A stretch of 64,000 nucleotides of DNA, taken from assembly GCF_009914755.1 (NCBI RefSeq), contig NC_060929.1; one strand, 5' to 3'. Below the pieces are notes generated by a model. The model saw only the letters and a list, made by a program, of their open reading frames with translations. It was not told the DNA's origin and searched no databases. Shown in pieces: positions 11,825 through 25,224 of the stretch (position 1 is the first letter of the stretch; every line of letters begins with the position of its first letter). A program made the translations under genes and the position numbers. The stretch is from the human T2T-CHM13v2.0 reference genome, Homo sapiens.

Positions 11825-12819
11825 CAGTATCCACATCCCCTCAAGCCTCAAACATACAAGCCCCCAAGCTGTGCATATAATAGTCGATTTAAAAACTGCT
11901 ATTGGATAAATAGTACATCCAGAATAATAACCAGTGACCACAAGATAGAGGATCATTGCTGGTGGAGTTAAATCATTTTACTTCATTTTGATTGCCTTTT
12001 AATAAGAGTTATATATTAAGAATCAGAGTTTTAAGAATTATTTGGGACAGTGATAATAAATATTTATTTCAGGATGAGTCGGGCTAATGCAGTGCCCAGC
12101 AGAGCTTTTTTTTTTTTTCATTCTGTCTCTTTTTGTAGGTGGAAGTAGCTGGATGCCAGTTTTCTGAGATTTGCCCAAACATGGATGACTTGCATGTTAC
12201 GAAAGGATTTTGCCGTGTCAAATGTTTTCATTTCGTTTATTAGTTAAGACATATAATTCAAAACTCTTTGGCCACCTCTAGGAGTATGTATTTCATTAAG
12301 ATTATGTAAAAACTACTAATAGTTTCACAATTGAATACATAAGTATGTGCCTATTTGGGGAGGAAGGGGCATTCAAATGACAATTAACAGTAACAGAGTA
12401 ACAGAAACTGAAATCTCCGGCCTACCTCTAGGTCCGTTCCCAAGAATAACATTGTTAGTCTCACCCCAATTCTATTTAGAATTTAGTGCTATTCATCTGT
12501 ATCCTGATATAATCATTGTTAAAACAATTAATTTTGCTCTCATTACGAAAAAATAAAGAATTTACCTAAAACCTATCTCTTTTCCTCTTGTACATCGAAG
12601 GTTTGTTATAATTTTCCATTCTGCTAATGATTCTCATTTTAAAGCATTCAAATTGATGTTAATTGCATAAGGAATACAGTAATATTTCCTCCTGATAAAA
12701 ATCTAAAATGTTACAAATAAGGCTGTTACCCCTTTGATTCTCATTTTGATCTACACAAATAATTGAATATTTGTAAGGCTGTGATACAATAATCACAAAT
12801 AAGTGATACAATAATCACT

Positions 12820-12869
12820 TTGGCCTCCCAAAGTGCTGGGATTACAGGCATGAGCCACTGCGTCTGGCC
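12820..12869 (-). mobile_element. Alu 5'-terminal 50-bp remnant
   Basis: 'ttggcctcccaaagtgctgggattacaggcatgagccactgcgtctggcc'. The rest of the element is absent. Confidence 0.9.
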
Positions 12870-12989
12870 AACATTTACTTTTAACGTGTTACTGAAACTA
12901 CTATTCAGGTTGAGTATGTACATAATGGAAGCTGACTCAAAATTTAACTGCTCCTATAAGAAAAAAAACTATGCATTTTCATATTATTG

Positions 12990-13130
12990 TCCATCCATTC
13001 ATTTATTCATTCATTAAATTGTGTATTTATTAATGCAGAGCCAGATATTATGAATACTCAGATGATTAAGAACCATATATTACTCTCAAGAATACACTGT
13101 GAAGTGAAAAGATCAATGGTCAGTCCCAGA
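12990..13130 (-). mobile_element. L2 3' fragment
   Basis: (CATT)n 'ccattcatttattcattcatt' followed by 'tatttattaatgc...gccagatatt'. Confidence 0.6.
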
Positions 13131-13928
13131 CATCGATTTCCAAGCAAATATTAAGTCATTAGATCAATAGTAGCCAATAATAGGACCAAGCCTCTTTCCC
13201 TTTGGATTCCTATCCAGCTGTTGCCTCTGTGAGCAATGCAGCTTCCTAATTTCTTTGGTATACAAGCTTTTCTACTGTTTTCTTTACATTTCTAAGGCCT
13301 CTGGCCACCACTTTTAACATCTAGTTTATTAATTGTCACTACTTAAGTTAATCTTTGTTCTAAGAAACATATTTTCTCAAAAAGATCTAGAAAGAGATAA
13401 GTTTCATTAATGGAGACTTTTCATATTAAAAAGTTGCTGGAAACCGTTTTCTCATGCTTTTAAAAAATAATTATTTTAAGAATAAGGTGGTATTCCAATA
13501 AAGGTCATAATTAACATAAACTTAATAAAATTTGACCTAGGGAGGGTTTACTTAATGTAAGCTTCATTAGAAATCTCTTTTATTCTAAAATATTAAACCT
13601 AATCAACCCAAACAAAATTACTCAGCATGCTGAATATGATACTGAATGTAGTTCTGTACAGTGTTTTCTTTAAATTTGAAAGGTCAATCCAGACTATCAA
13701 CCCATGACCAGCAATTACCCATTACAGAATCGTCAATAATTTTAACTTTGAAAATAGTAGACAGAAAATGGGAGTTCATAATTATTTGCTGAATGAGTGA
13801 ATGGGAGCTGGAACAGGACTCAGGCAACCTAGTGTAATTACAACTAGTTTGTATTCCCTGGCCCTAGTTACCTCATCTGCAGAGTGAGATGCGTGGATAC
13901 TGTTCGATTGTAACATATTTTATATGTA

Positions 13929-14008
13929 TTAGGTTGGTGCAAAAGTAATTGTAATTTTTGGCCTTACTTTCATTGGCAAAAACTACAATTACTTTTGCAC
14001 CAATCTAA
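13929..14008. mobile_element. MADE1 (Hsmar1 mariner MITE), 80 bp
   Basis: TTAGGTTGGTGCAAAAGTAATTG...CAATTACTTTTGCACCAATCTAA long inverted repeats, preceded by TA. Confidence 0.95.
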
Positions 14009-14280
14009 ATACTTTCTATATACTGGTGAAGACAGAAATTCAATGATTCAAAAATACAATAGGAATGTTTTTCCCTTCCAAGTACTTTCAGTTTAGAAAA
14101 ATGGCCAAAATTTCTGTCTGTGATAGTTCTAATATTGAAAAAGTAAAGGTAATATAAACCATAATAAACAGCATAAGTATATTTTATGTGATTATTTTGA
14201 TCATTTATTCCCCAATACTATATGACTATTTCCTGTGTGACATGCACCCCACCAAGTGCTTAGTATGTAATATAAAAATA

Positions 14281-15378
14281 TAGACATACCTCATTTTATT
14301 GCACTTTATTTTATTGTACTTTGTATTATGTTTTTTACAAATTGAAGGTTTATAGAAATTCTGCATCCAGCAAGTCTATCAGTGCTCTTTTTCTAATAGC
14401 ATGTCCTCACTTTCTGTCTCTGTGTCACATTTTGGTAATTCCCACAGTACTTCAAACTTTTTTATTATTAATATATCTGTTACTGTTATCTGTCATCAGT
14501 GATCTTGCATGTTATTTTTGTAATTGTATTGTAATTGTACTGGGGCACCTGAACTGTGCCCACAGGACAAATAAGATGGCAAACTTAATCAATAAATGTT
14601 CTGTGTATTCTGACTGCTCCACCAACGGGTCATTCCCATTTCTCTCCGTCTCCTTAGATCTCCCTATTACCTGAGACACAATATTATGGAAATTGGGTTA
14701 ATTAATAACCCTACAGTAACCTCTAAACATTCAAATGGAAGGAAGAATCTCATCTCTCTCACTTTAAAGCAAAAGCTATGAATGATTAAGCTTAGTGAGG
14801 AGGGCATATCAAAAGCCAAGATAGGCCGAAAGCTAGGTCCCTTGTGCCAAACAGCCAATTCGTGAATGCAAAGGAAAAGTTATTGAAGAAAACTAAAAGT
14901 GCTCCTCCAGCAAACACACAATGATAAGAAAGTGAGAAACTCCTATTGTTGATGTGGAGAAAGGTTGAATGGTCTAGATAGAAGGTCAAACAAGCCAGAT
15001 TTCCTTAATCCAAAGCCTAATCCAGAATAAGACTCTAACTCTCTTCAATTCTATGAATGCTGAAAGAAAGAGATGAGGAAGCTGATGAAGAAAAATTTGA
15101 AGCCAGCAGAGGTTGGTTCATGAGGCTTAAAGAAAGAAGCCATCTCCAAAACACGAAAGTGCAAAGTGAAGAAGCAAGTGCTGATACAGAAATTGCAGCA
15201 ACCTATCCAGAAGATCCAGCTAAGACCTTTGATGAGTGTAGCTACATTAAACAATATATTTTCTATGTAGACAAAACAGCCTTCAATTAGAAGATAATGC
15301 CATCAAGAACTTTCACAGAAAAGAGAGGTCAATGACTGGCCTCAAAGCTTCAAAGGACAGGCTGACTCTCTAATAGGT
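14281..15378 (+). mobile_element. Tigger1 DNA transposon, 5' half, with decayed transposase
   Basis: Left TIR-like 'tagacatacctcattttattgc'. ORF 15057-15290 reads [20 protein letters not shown]...IFYVDKTAF, matching pogo/Tigger1 transposase. Confidence 0.93.
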
Positions 15379-15529
15379 GAAAGGGAGTTGCCTCGTCTCA
15401 TGAGACTTTGGACTGTGGACTTTTGAGTTAATGCTGAAATGAGTTAAGACTTGGGGGACTGTTGAGAAGGGATGATTGTATTTTGCAATATGAGAAGGAC
15501 ATGAGATGTGGGAGGGGCCAGGGCTGAAA
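15379..15529 (+). mobile_element. MaLR (MST-int) 3' internal end with polypurine tract
   Basis: 'gagactttggactgtggacttttgagttaatgctgaaatgagttaagac...gggaggggccaggg' directly before the LTR. Confidence 0.85.
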
Positions 15530-15913
15530 TGATATGGTTTGGATTTGCGTCCCTGCCCAAATCTCATGTAGAATTGTAATCCCCAGTGTTGGAGAAGGGG
15601 CCTGGTGGGAGGTGATTGGATCATGGGGGAGGATTGCCCCCTTGCTGTTCTTGTGATATTGAGTGAGTTCTCAGGAGATCTGGCTGATTAAAAGTGTGTA
15701 GCACCTCCCCCTGTGCTGTCTTCCTCCCACTCCAGCCATGTAAGACGTGCTTGCTTTTCCCTCACCCTCAGCCATGATTCTAAGTTTCCTGAGGCCTCCC
15801 CAGCCATGCTTCATGTACAGCCTGTGGAACCATGCACCAATTAAACCTCTTGTCTTTATAAATTACGCAGCCTCAGGTAGTTCTTTATAGCAGTGCGAGA
15901 ATGGACTAATACA
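15530..15913 (+). mobile_element. MSTA LTR (ERVL-MaLR), 3' LTR
   Basis: TGATATGGTTTGGAT...GGACTAATACA termini and an ATTAAA poly(A) motif. Confidence 0.9.
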
Positions 15914-15994
15914 ATAATTCTATAACTACAGTTCTTTGTGAATTGGGATTTACTCTCTTCATTTTTTTTTAAACTAAAATAAATGCAGAAATAA

Positions 15995-16145
15995 ATCAGG
16001 GACTTCTGCTACCAGCCATGATTGAAAAACAGTAATGAGATTTACCGTCCTACCTTAAATAACTAGAAATCTGAGCAAAATATATAAAACAGTGTTTTTC
16101 AGGCAATGGACAACAGACTGCTGACTGCAGAGATTCCTAAGAACA
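15995..16145 (+). mobile_element. Old L1M 5' fragment
   Basis: 'gacttctgctaccagccatga...aactagaaatctgagcaaaatatataaaacagtgtttttcaggcaatggacaacag'. Confidence 0.5.
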
Positions 16146-17716
16146 TTGAAATTATTTCTAGTAGGAAATCTTTTGTTTCAAAGTTAAATCACTAAAATAT
16201 CTAAAAACAGCTCATATTTCTTTTCCTAAACGTAAATGTCACATGTTAAGCAAACAAAACTTACAGTATAGTGTTTATTGGATAATATTTTCAAAATACC
16301 ACACATTACTTTTTCTATTGCATACATTTTTGTGATCCTATTATGTGGACTCTGCCAAGCCAATCTAGTTGGCATTTAATTGCTCCTGGCTTATGTAAGT
16401 ACCAATAGAATGTTTACCTTTAAATTTTAACTGCACGGATGTGCATATGTTTCAATTAAGGAATAAAGAATGGAAGAAAAAGAGAGGACAGAGAAAAAGA
16501 CGATCGCTGAAGAAGAAACAATATTTTTTGAAGGACAGAGGCAAAATTCTCAAGAGAGAGCATATTTAGAAGAACATTAAATATATCCATAAATGTAGCC
16601 AAGTAAACTTCATGGAGAGCTCTGAATTATCTTTGCAACACAATTAATTCATTAAAGATATTCAATAATTTTTCTATATACTTTTTTCTTAAAGCTATAA
16701 TAATCATTAAAATGTTGAAAAACTATACAAAAGAAATTCAATTCAAACTAAAAGAATCTGAAACTAGTTGGTGTAGTAGAAAGAGATTATGGAGAGAAGT
16801 AGTATGGAAAATTAGCAGGAAAGAAAAAGATGAACCCTCATTCTGGTCCTAGAAAGCAAGGATGTGGGGTTTAAAGTTTATTCTCTGAGTCAGTCATCTC
16901 CAAAAAATGAGTTATTTTCTATTTGCAAATGATGAACCATTGAGGAAGCAATCATAAAAACAAATTTTTAACATTTATTTTCCTAAATATAACAATCATA
17001 TGATAAACAAATAAAACTTAGTATTAACTATACACACCCAGTAGCTACACATATATAATTTAGAGAGAATTATACATCTGGATGTATGTTTAATATATAC
17101 ATATTTTTTTCTCAACTGGAATTGCATGATCAAAAATTCTTGACATCATAGTCCTAAGCAAAGAAGGAAGGGGCAACTGAAACTTCTTGAGCAAAGGAAT
17201 AACAGGATCAAAGCAATGATTTAGGAACTCTTCCATTTTTTGTTTGTGGAGTTGTTCCCAGTTTCACTACTTTAGGGAATTAGAATGATTCAATCTTTAG
17301 ACGTTTCATCCTCTTTCGCCACACCCAGGCTGTCACAGCCTTTCTTGCCTCTATTGGTGCAAAAGGAAGAGGCTGTACTGAGTGGTCATTTAGGGAAATT
17401 TTAAAGGGTAATAATTTGAAATGTTATTTTATAAGAACAAAATATGAAGAGCAGACATTTTCACCCTTTATGCAGCATTGATATTCAGGCTCTCAGAACT
17501 GCAAAGGATAATCAGGCATTTGCTTGTGGAATAAACTACCAAAATACATTGTGTGCTTTATTCTAGGTGGGGAGGAAGCTGGCAATGTTCTTTAGCTTCT
17601 GAGAATGCTATCTAACGGCATGGCGTGGAAGGAATTTACTCAGCTTTCTGTTTTGGAGGGGATTTCAGCCTGCTTCGGTTGACTATAATGTGTAAACTAC
17701 TCTCAGTATAACAGCA

Positions 17717-17757
<41 letters not shown>
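17717..17757. repeat. (TG)n microsatellite
   Basis: Direct reading. Confidence 0.97.
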
Positions 17758-17758
<1 letters not shown>

Positions 17759-18060
17759 TTCTAAGTGAATTAAAGTTACTTTGCCAGAGTGAGGAGGGCC
17801 TGGTATTTAATTTTAACAATTAGCAAGCTTGAGAAAGTATTTAAATATCAAGAAATGACCATGCTAAACATGTAGTACATTTACATCTTAATGCTGCTAA
17901 AAGAGAATGAACACAAAAACCATAAATCAAAGATATCCTTCCTCTTTCAGATGCTGACTCCAGTTAAGACATAGGATTTTAAGAATGCATGATGGAATTA
18001 AAAGCTAAAAAATGTATATTTCCGTTTATAAGCATTTCTATTACTTGAAAAAATATGTAA

Positions 18061-18352
<292 letters not shown>

Positions 18353-18464
18353 TTATTTTTTGAAGTTTCCTTTTAAAAATTAAGAATTTTAGAATTGTAT
18401 ATAAAACAAATGCTGTGAAAATAGTGATCACATATTTTTGCAGTATGGTTCTAAATCTATGGAT

Positions 18465-18627
18465 CTGTGCTGGCCAATACAGTAACCACCAGACATATGT
18501 AGCTAATTACATTTCCAGATAAATTAATCAATTAAAAGAGCCTAAATTTAATAAAATTAAAAATTTAGTTCTTCAGTAATGCTTGCCACATTTCAAGTGT
18601 GGCCAGGTGCTACTGTTTGGACAGCTA
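18465..18627. mobile_element. MER3-like hAT MITE
   Basis: 'ctgtgctggccaatacagtaaccacc...gccacatttcaagtg...ttggacagc'. Confidence 0.7.
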
Positions 18628-19400
18628 TATCATACCATAGTATTAGTATAGACTAATATTCATTTCTAAACTAAATCTGAAAATAATTTGGGAACTTGTG
18701 ATAATAAAATACTTGATATTATTGTCTATGTTTACATTTTTGTATGGTTTACATAAACAATAACTATTTCAATAATCAAAAAGACTACTAAAGTTCTTTT
18801 TATTGTAGGAATGCTGAAATGAAACCATTTTATGGTTTTACATATGAGAGTGGTGCTGTAGATAGTAACAAATTATTATCATCCATTTGATTAATTCATA
18901 ATGCATGCCACTTAAAATAATGGGATTGTTACAATGGTCTGTTATCATTCTTTCAATTAAACATGGAAATAATACATTTCACAAGCATCAAAATTAATAT
19001 TCATTTGGCATTCTATCAAATTACCTCATAATCATTGTGAATTTCTCAATTAGAACTATAAACCCTTGTCTTACTCAGAATAATATTAACAGAATTTTTA
19101 AAACAAAAGTACAAAGCAGGTCATTTAAAACACATCTGTTATAAGTTTGATAAGTAATCATTATAATTAGTGCTTTTACTGAAGATTTTACTGGAGGAGT
19201 TCAGTTTGTTTTTGATTTAAAAGCCTATCGAACAGGTATGTTACTATTAGGCAAGTTTAAACATAGGGAATTTAATATATGACCAAAAGATAACAGGATT
19301 TGATTCAGAAGGATATAGTCAGTAGTTTAATCCTATTACATTTTAGGTATAATTTAACCCAACCACCCAATTTTATAGATGAAGTGATTAAGATGTATGA

Positions 19401-19416
19401 TGTGTGTGTGTGTGTA

Positions 19417-19452
<36 letters not shown>
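19401..19452. repeat. (TG)n(GA)n microsatellite
   Basis: Direct reading. Confidence 0.95.
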
Positions 19453-19453
<1 letters not shown>

Positions 19454-19799
19454 ATATGTTTGTATAAATTAATTGGCTAACCCAAAATACAGCCTAGTTT
19501 TCCAGAGTACCAAGGCAATAGCAAGGTTCTTTTATTTCTGTACCCTTATCAAAGAGGCTGAGAAAGGTGATATTAGCTTAGAAAAAAAAAAAAAGAAAGA
19601 AAGAAAAGAAAAAGAAAGAAAGAAAAAAGGAAAAAAGAAATCCAGTGCATTGTCTTATCATTAGCCATTAGTATATGGAACTTGGTAATTCCCAAGGTTA
19701 CACATAATTCATATCTGACATTCATGACTATAGGAATAAATGTCCAGTAAACTGCACATAAATCATTATAAAATAACTCCTTCACACATTAACAATTAG

Positions 19800-20830
19800 A
19801 GTGGTAGTCAAAATGAAAACGATAAATTCAAAGTCTTGACTTAGCATATAAGACCCTGAACAATCTGGCTCCAACCTAATTTCTATTGCTTATATAACTA
19901 AACAAATCTTTGCTCTAATCAGTAAATTTTCAGTTCAATAAACATTTATTATGGTTGCCTACTATGTGTCTAGAATTGTTCCCAACATTAAGGATGGCCC
20001 AAGAAAGAAGGCACTGTTACTGTCTTCAAGAAACTGAGCAGGATGGAGAAACAAATATTTCTCTTTTCCTGGAGGATGTTAACTTTATGATAAGAAAAAA
20101 CAAATAATTGAAAAAGATAGTAAGAGCTGTGACAAACATCCCTCCTATGGAAAACATAAAATGGAGTTAACCCAGGCATTAAAGAGATAATACAAGATTT
20201 GAATTTTAATTAGTGAGATCTGAGATGGGTATTCTAGACAAAGGTCACCCATATTTCTCCTAAGGTTCAGACCCATTTACTGAATTGCCTCCTCCATGCT
20301 TCTTAGATGTTCCATAGTTTCATTAAATTTAATATACTATAATTTAACTGACTACCTCCCATTTTTCCGAAACCTGCATTTCTCCCTGCTAAACTCCTGA
20401 ACAAGCCATACATCTGATTTTATCCTTCGCTCCTTTGCCCACATACTTTACTTCCCTTCAACTACAAGATACTTCTAATTCCACCCCGAAGGATCTTTCA
20501 AATCCATTCTGTAGGCCCCCGTCCTCGCTATCACTAATTTTGTTCAGGGCCCCATCATAGTTCACTTGGATGACTGCAACTACAGTAGGTCTCTATTCCC
20601 TTAATGTTATCATTACTCCATCCACTTTATGAAGATAGAGTAATATTTTGAAAGGAAAATATGAACATGTCACCTCTTGCATAGAACCCTTTGATAGTTC
20701 TTCATTGCCCTGAACAGTATGAGCACTGCTAATCTCTCTACCACATCTCAGACACCAGCTCTGCTATCTAGCAATAAGGAAAGTGTCTCAGTTCCTTCAA
20801 CCCAATGTTCTCTTTGCTTCTGGGGTCTTC
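19800..20830. mobile_element. L2 fragments in both orientations
   Basis: 'ttcaataaacatttatt...gcctactatgtgtc' (antisense) and 'catagttcacttggatgactgcaac...catgtcacctc...cttcattgccct' (sense). Confidence 0.65.
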
Positions 20831-20837
20831 TATATCT

Positions 20838-21100
20838 ATAGAAGGCAAGAGGTAGCCAGTGTATAGCATGTCAAGAGACGGAGCAAGAGGGAGAGAGAGG
20901 GGAGGTACCAGACTCTTTAGAACAAACAGATCTCACATGAACATAGAGTGAGAACTCATTCATTACTGTAAGAACACCACCAAGCCATTTATGAGAAATC
21001 TGTTCCCACAATGCAAACACCTCCCACTAGAGCCACTGCCAATATTGGAGGTCACTTTTTAACATTAGCTTTGGAGGGGACAAAACATCTAAATTATATA
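20838..21100 (-). mobile_element. MSTB-like MaLR LTR, partial
   Basis: 'gagcaagagggagagagaggggaggtaccagactcttt...agagtgagaactcattcattac...ggaggggacaaaacatc'. Confidence 0.8.
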
Positions 21101-23149
21101 AACTAGATTCAAGGATATTATATTTTTAGCAATTTTGAATAAATAATTTTTGAAAGCATGTGATATGAAGCAAGTGCAATTCTCACAAACCTCTTATCTC
21201 CTTCACCATCTTATTAGAGAAAGTCTCCAAATCTCAGAAGACAATTTTTGAGTATTGCTGCAGAGCCTACATTTTACCCATTTCTTTGACTAGAAAGAAA
21301 ATTAGAATATTCAGCAGAGTAAAAGTGGTAGAAAAAGTTGTGATTACCTCCCAATTGCCCTATATCCCCAACTGCTATTCACTAAACAGACTGAAATCTC
21401 TCTCTGCTGCAAACCTCAGGAAGTAAAGAGATATGTCAGGAAAACGCTCACATCCCATGTACCCACAGTAAATTTTGTGTATGGGAGAAACAGAGAGAAC
21501 CATCTTGGAGAAGAAAATCAATTCTCCCTTAATTGGGTGTTCTAAGAGGTTAGAACACTGAATGAAGGCTGGGGCTTGGTTAGATCAGGAGATTAAAAAC
21601 AATGATTTTAGTATAAGTATCAGTTGACCTAGAAGGAGGGAAGTAAGAATGTGAGGAGGAGAGTTATAATTGTCTTGTGCTGATGAGCATGTATGTATCT
21701 CTCATATGTAAAAGCATCTGATGCATAGATGATTCTTTACAAATACCCATTAATCATATTCACTCCCACAATACAACCTTTTGTTCACTATCTAAATGCA
21801 TTTGTATGTGTTTGGCTATGTTAAGTACTTAAGTTATATTCTGCCAACAGAAGTATAATATAAGTGATATAAGGTTATAGATCTAGAATATTCCAGAAAC
21901 TAAGAATCATTTCTCTCCCTGTGTATCTTAAAATGCTCTCTCTGTGTATGTAAAAAGAATCCTAAATGCATCTGTTTTGTTCTGCTACCCACTGGCACTA
22001 GCACTCAGGAGAATCATGTAACTTCCTTAGATCTTATATGTAAAATGAGGCACTTCATTATTTCACTTATAAAGTTCTATGTGCACACACCTAATAAATT
22101 TATCACGCTCATAGAACAAGATGTGCTCATGATAGAGATGTGAAATCAGCTTCATACATCGTGACATGTTTATAGTATCAACTTTTAAGTGTTGTATGTA
22201 GATTTATTTTTGCTTGTAGCAATAGTACAGTACCCGCACCTTTAAAATAAAGGGGGTCTTGCATTGTTATATTCTTAAAGCCAACTAGTTAAGATAAAAT
22301 TAATGAACTTTTAACTGTATTTGGGTAATATTAAAATAAATATAAAATTATAAGGAGTTGTTCACATGTCTCTTTTCTGGTTAAGCATATCAATTTTCAG
22401 ACAGGCCTACTGAAAAGCTTGAATTTTTTTTTCCTTGCCCAGTCTTTAAGATTATTGGTTCTGACTTGCATAATATCATACATTTAACTGCAGTATTTGT
22501 TGAATTAATCAATGGATAATGAGCAGAATACACTACTTTTACACTAACAAGAACTAGTTTTACATTTTTTCTCTTTCAAACTCTGCAAAACTATATGTTC
22601 AAAGATAACATATCTCAAAAGAAACCTTTAAGAGTTTTTTTGTTTTTTAAATTGATCTAACCCTAAGAATGCATTCAATTGGCCACTGACACTCGTAAGA
22701 GTGTGTTTAAATGTTAATTATCTCCTCTTGATCCTTGATATTTTTTCTGCATCAAGAATGGGTCAATGCACACTTGTATTCATAGAGTCTCTCTTTGAGT
22801 GATTCATTGATCCTGATATGTTTTGGATTCTAAGATAAGAAATTATCAAATACAACATTAATGTGTTTATGACATTTTTGGAGAAAAGAGGCACTAATTT
22901 TTTTAAGGAAGAGTGTACACTGATTCTAAGAAGGACTCACATTTATAATATGTGGAAATATAGGAGGAAAGACTGTGACTTAGAAAAAAGGAAATATATA
23001 TATGCATATTTAATTGTACAAATATGTACATATTTTCCATCTGTATGTAAATGCATATATATATACACACACACATATATTACACCATGTTAACAGCTTC
23101 AGACACAACTTACTTCTTTGAAGTTTTAGCATTTGATGCTTAAAATAAC

Positions 23150-23370
23150 TAACCTAGGAAAGGTAGTTCAACAGATTGAATTTCGAGAAAGAAAAGAAAA
23201 ATTAGGGTTGCAGATTTTAATCCCAGATCTGCCACTTCTTTCTAAACTATATGGCCTTGGCAGGTTACCTAGTTTATCTTACCTAGATTCCTCATTTGTG
23301 AATAGGTTATATTAATAATATTCCATATAGTGTTGTTATGAAATAATACATAGAAAATTCTTAGGATAAA
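23150..23370 (+). mobile_element. MIR
   Basis: Core 'atcccagatctgccactt...ggccttggcaggttacc...ttcctcatttgtgaatagg'. Confidence 0.7.
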
Positions 23371-23439
23371 GAATGTATGATGTAACTGCATATATAGGTA
23401 ACAAAATTTTAAATTGGATCTTTTCTCTTTCTGTTTCAG

Positions 23440-23663
23440 CTGAGGCCTTTGAGATACTATATGAACTGCTCCAACATTCTGAAGAGAAGGTCTGGATCAT
23501 TTAAGTAGGACTTGCAAAGAAAGTGGCCTAGATCCTTAGCTGAGCTGATCACTTACCTCAAACCTATAAAGAAGTGGAGGGGCCAAGAATAGGTGTTGGA
23601 TATCAGCGGGAGAGTTTCATCAAAGAGCTGTCAGTTTCATCTCAACCTTACCCTCCAGGAGAG
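23440..23663 (+). other. Candidate non-coding internal exon (224 nt)
   Basis: Strong acceptor 'tcttttctctttctgtttcag|' and donor 'GAG|gtaaga'. Stop codons in all three frames. Confidence 0.35.
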
Positions 23664-24474
23664 GTAAGATGTCCTCTGTCTCACAATAAATGAGTTTGAC
23701 TTTTGGTCCTGGGCATCTGTGGTACTGAGAGCTTAGGGCTGGCTCCATGCTTTAAAATATGTATATGTGAGAACTGCATGAACTCGCCAGTGCGGAGATG
23801 AAAAAGAAAGAAAAAAGTCAGGAAGCTCCAGAAGCTTTCTACATTTCCATTTGAGATAAGGACAAGGATGCTTGAATGTTTTTCTTGAAGAAGTGAACAA
23901 ATGGAACAGAAATCTACATTTTACCTGAGAGAGGAAAGAGAGTGCATAACTGTTTCTCATGAACCACAGTGAAGTTTGAGAGCATAGGCTCAGAACCAAC
24001 TCAAATCCTCTATACAAAGATTGCCTGGAGAGTCAAGGTGAACACCCCTCCTACGCACACACCTGCCAACACACACACAAAAGACAGAGGAAGACTACAG
24101 GATTGCAAAAGGAGAGAGAAGGAACACAAGTGGCTAGCTGAAGGAAAAGTATTGCTTAAATTTGGGGACCACTGCAGAAGGTTTCCAATAGCACTCCAAA
24201 AAAATAGGAGGCCACATGAATCATAATCAATCCCAAAGGAATCCATCATAAATACTGGTCACAGCTGGAAGTAACCAATACTCTATTGGTGTCTGTCCTT
24301 GTTCATGTACTTGTCTCCCCACCACTCCAATCACTGAAGCTGAGTCTCTTGGGTGGTGTGCAAAGGAGATCGAATCCAGCCAAGTGACAGGATGAAAGAG
24401 AATCTGACCACACTCTCCATACTTGCCACAGGCTTCCAAGCTCAAAGGGTCCTGTAGTGAGAGAGGAGTGGCTC

Positions 24475-24803
24475 TTTGTTTTTTTTGTTTTGTTTTGTTT
24501 TGTTTTGTTTTAAGATGGAGTCTCCCTCTGTTGTCCAGGCTGGAGTGCAGTGGCGTAATCTCAGCTCACTGCAACCTCTGCTTCCTGGGTTCAAGCAATT
24601 CTCGTGCCTCAGCATCCCTGAGTAGCTGGGATTACAGGTGCCCGTCACCACACCCGGCTAATTTTTGTATTTTTAGTAGAGACAGCAGAAATGGGGCTTT
24701 GCCATGTTGGCCAGGCTGATTTCAAACTCCTGACCTCAGGTGATCAGCCCACCTCGGCCTCCCAAAGTTCTGGGAATACAGGCGTGAGCCACTGCACCCA
24801 GCT
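24475..24803 (-). mobile_element. AluSx with (GTTTT)n-derived tail
   Basis: Antisense dimeric Alu with 'ctcctgacctcaggtgatc'. Imperfect TSD gag(t/a)ggctcttt. Confidence 0.95.
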
Positions 24804-24812
24804 GAGAGGCTC

Positions 24813-25186
24813 TTTTTAAATTTTAAAATATTTAATTGACAAATGAAAATTATATATAATCAAGGTACACACATGATGATTTAATATGCTTGTACATTAT
24901 ATATTGTCTATCACAGTGTAATTAACATATCCTTCACCACCCATAGTTACCATTGTGGAGTGTGGTGAGAGTTGAGGACACTTATAATCTGCTATCTTAA
25001 CAAAGTTCAAGTAAACAATACAGTATTAGTAACTAAGGTCACTATTCTATACATTAGATGCCCAGAAATTATTCATCTTATAATAAAGTTTGTACCCTTT
25101 GACCAAATTTCCTGAGCTGCTCTGTGCTCCCCACCACGCCTGTCAACCACTATTCTGCTGTTTGCCTCTATGAGTTTGACTTTTGA
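24813..25186 (-). mobile_element. L1MA (MA8/9-like) 3' end
   Basis: 'tttaattgacaaat...catagttacc...tcaagtaaacaatacagtatt...tttgtaccctttgacc'. Confidence 0.85.
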
Positions 25187-25224
25187 AATTTTGGAGGTTT
25201 TAAAGATCACTCTGGTCTAAACAT

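Noticed and set aside
23440-23489. Protein-looking frame EAFEILYELLQHSEEK as a 50-nt coding exon
   Set aside because: It needs a weak GTCTGG donor, and I found no compatible neighbouring coding exons.
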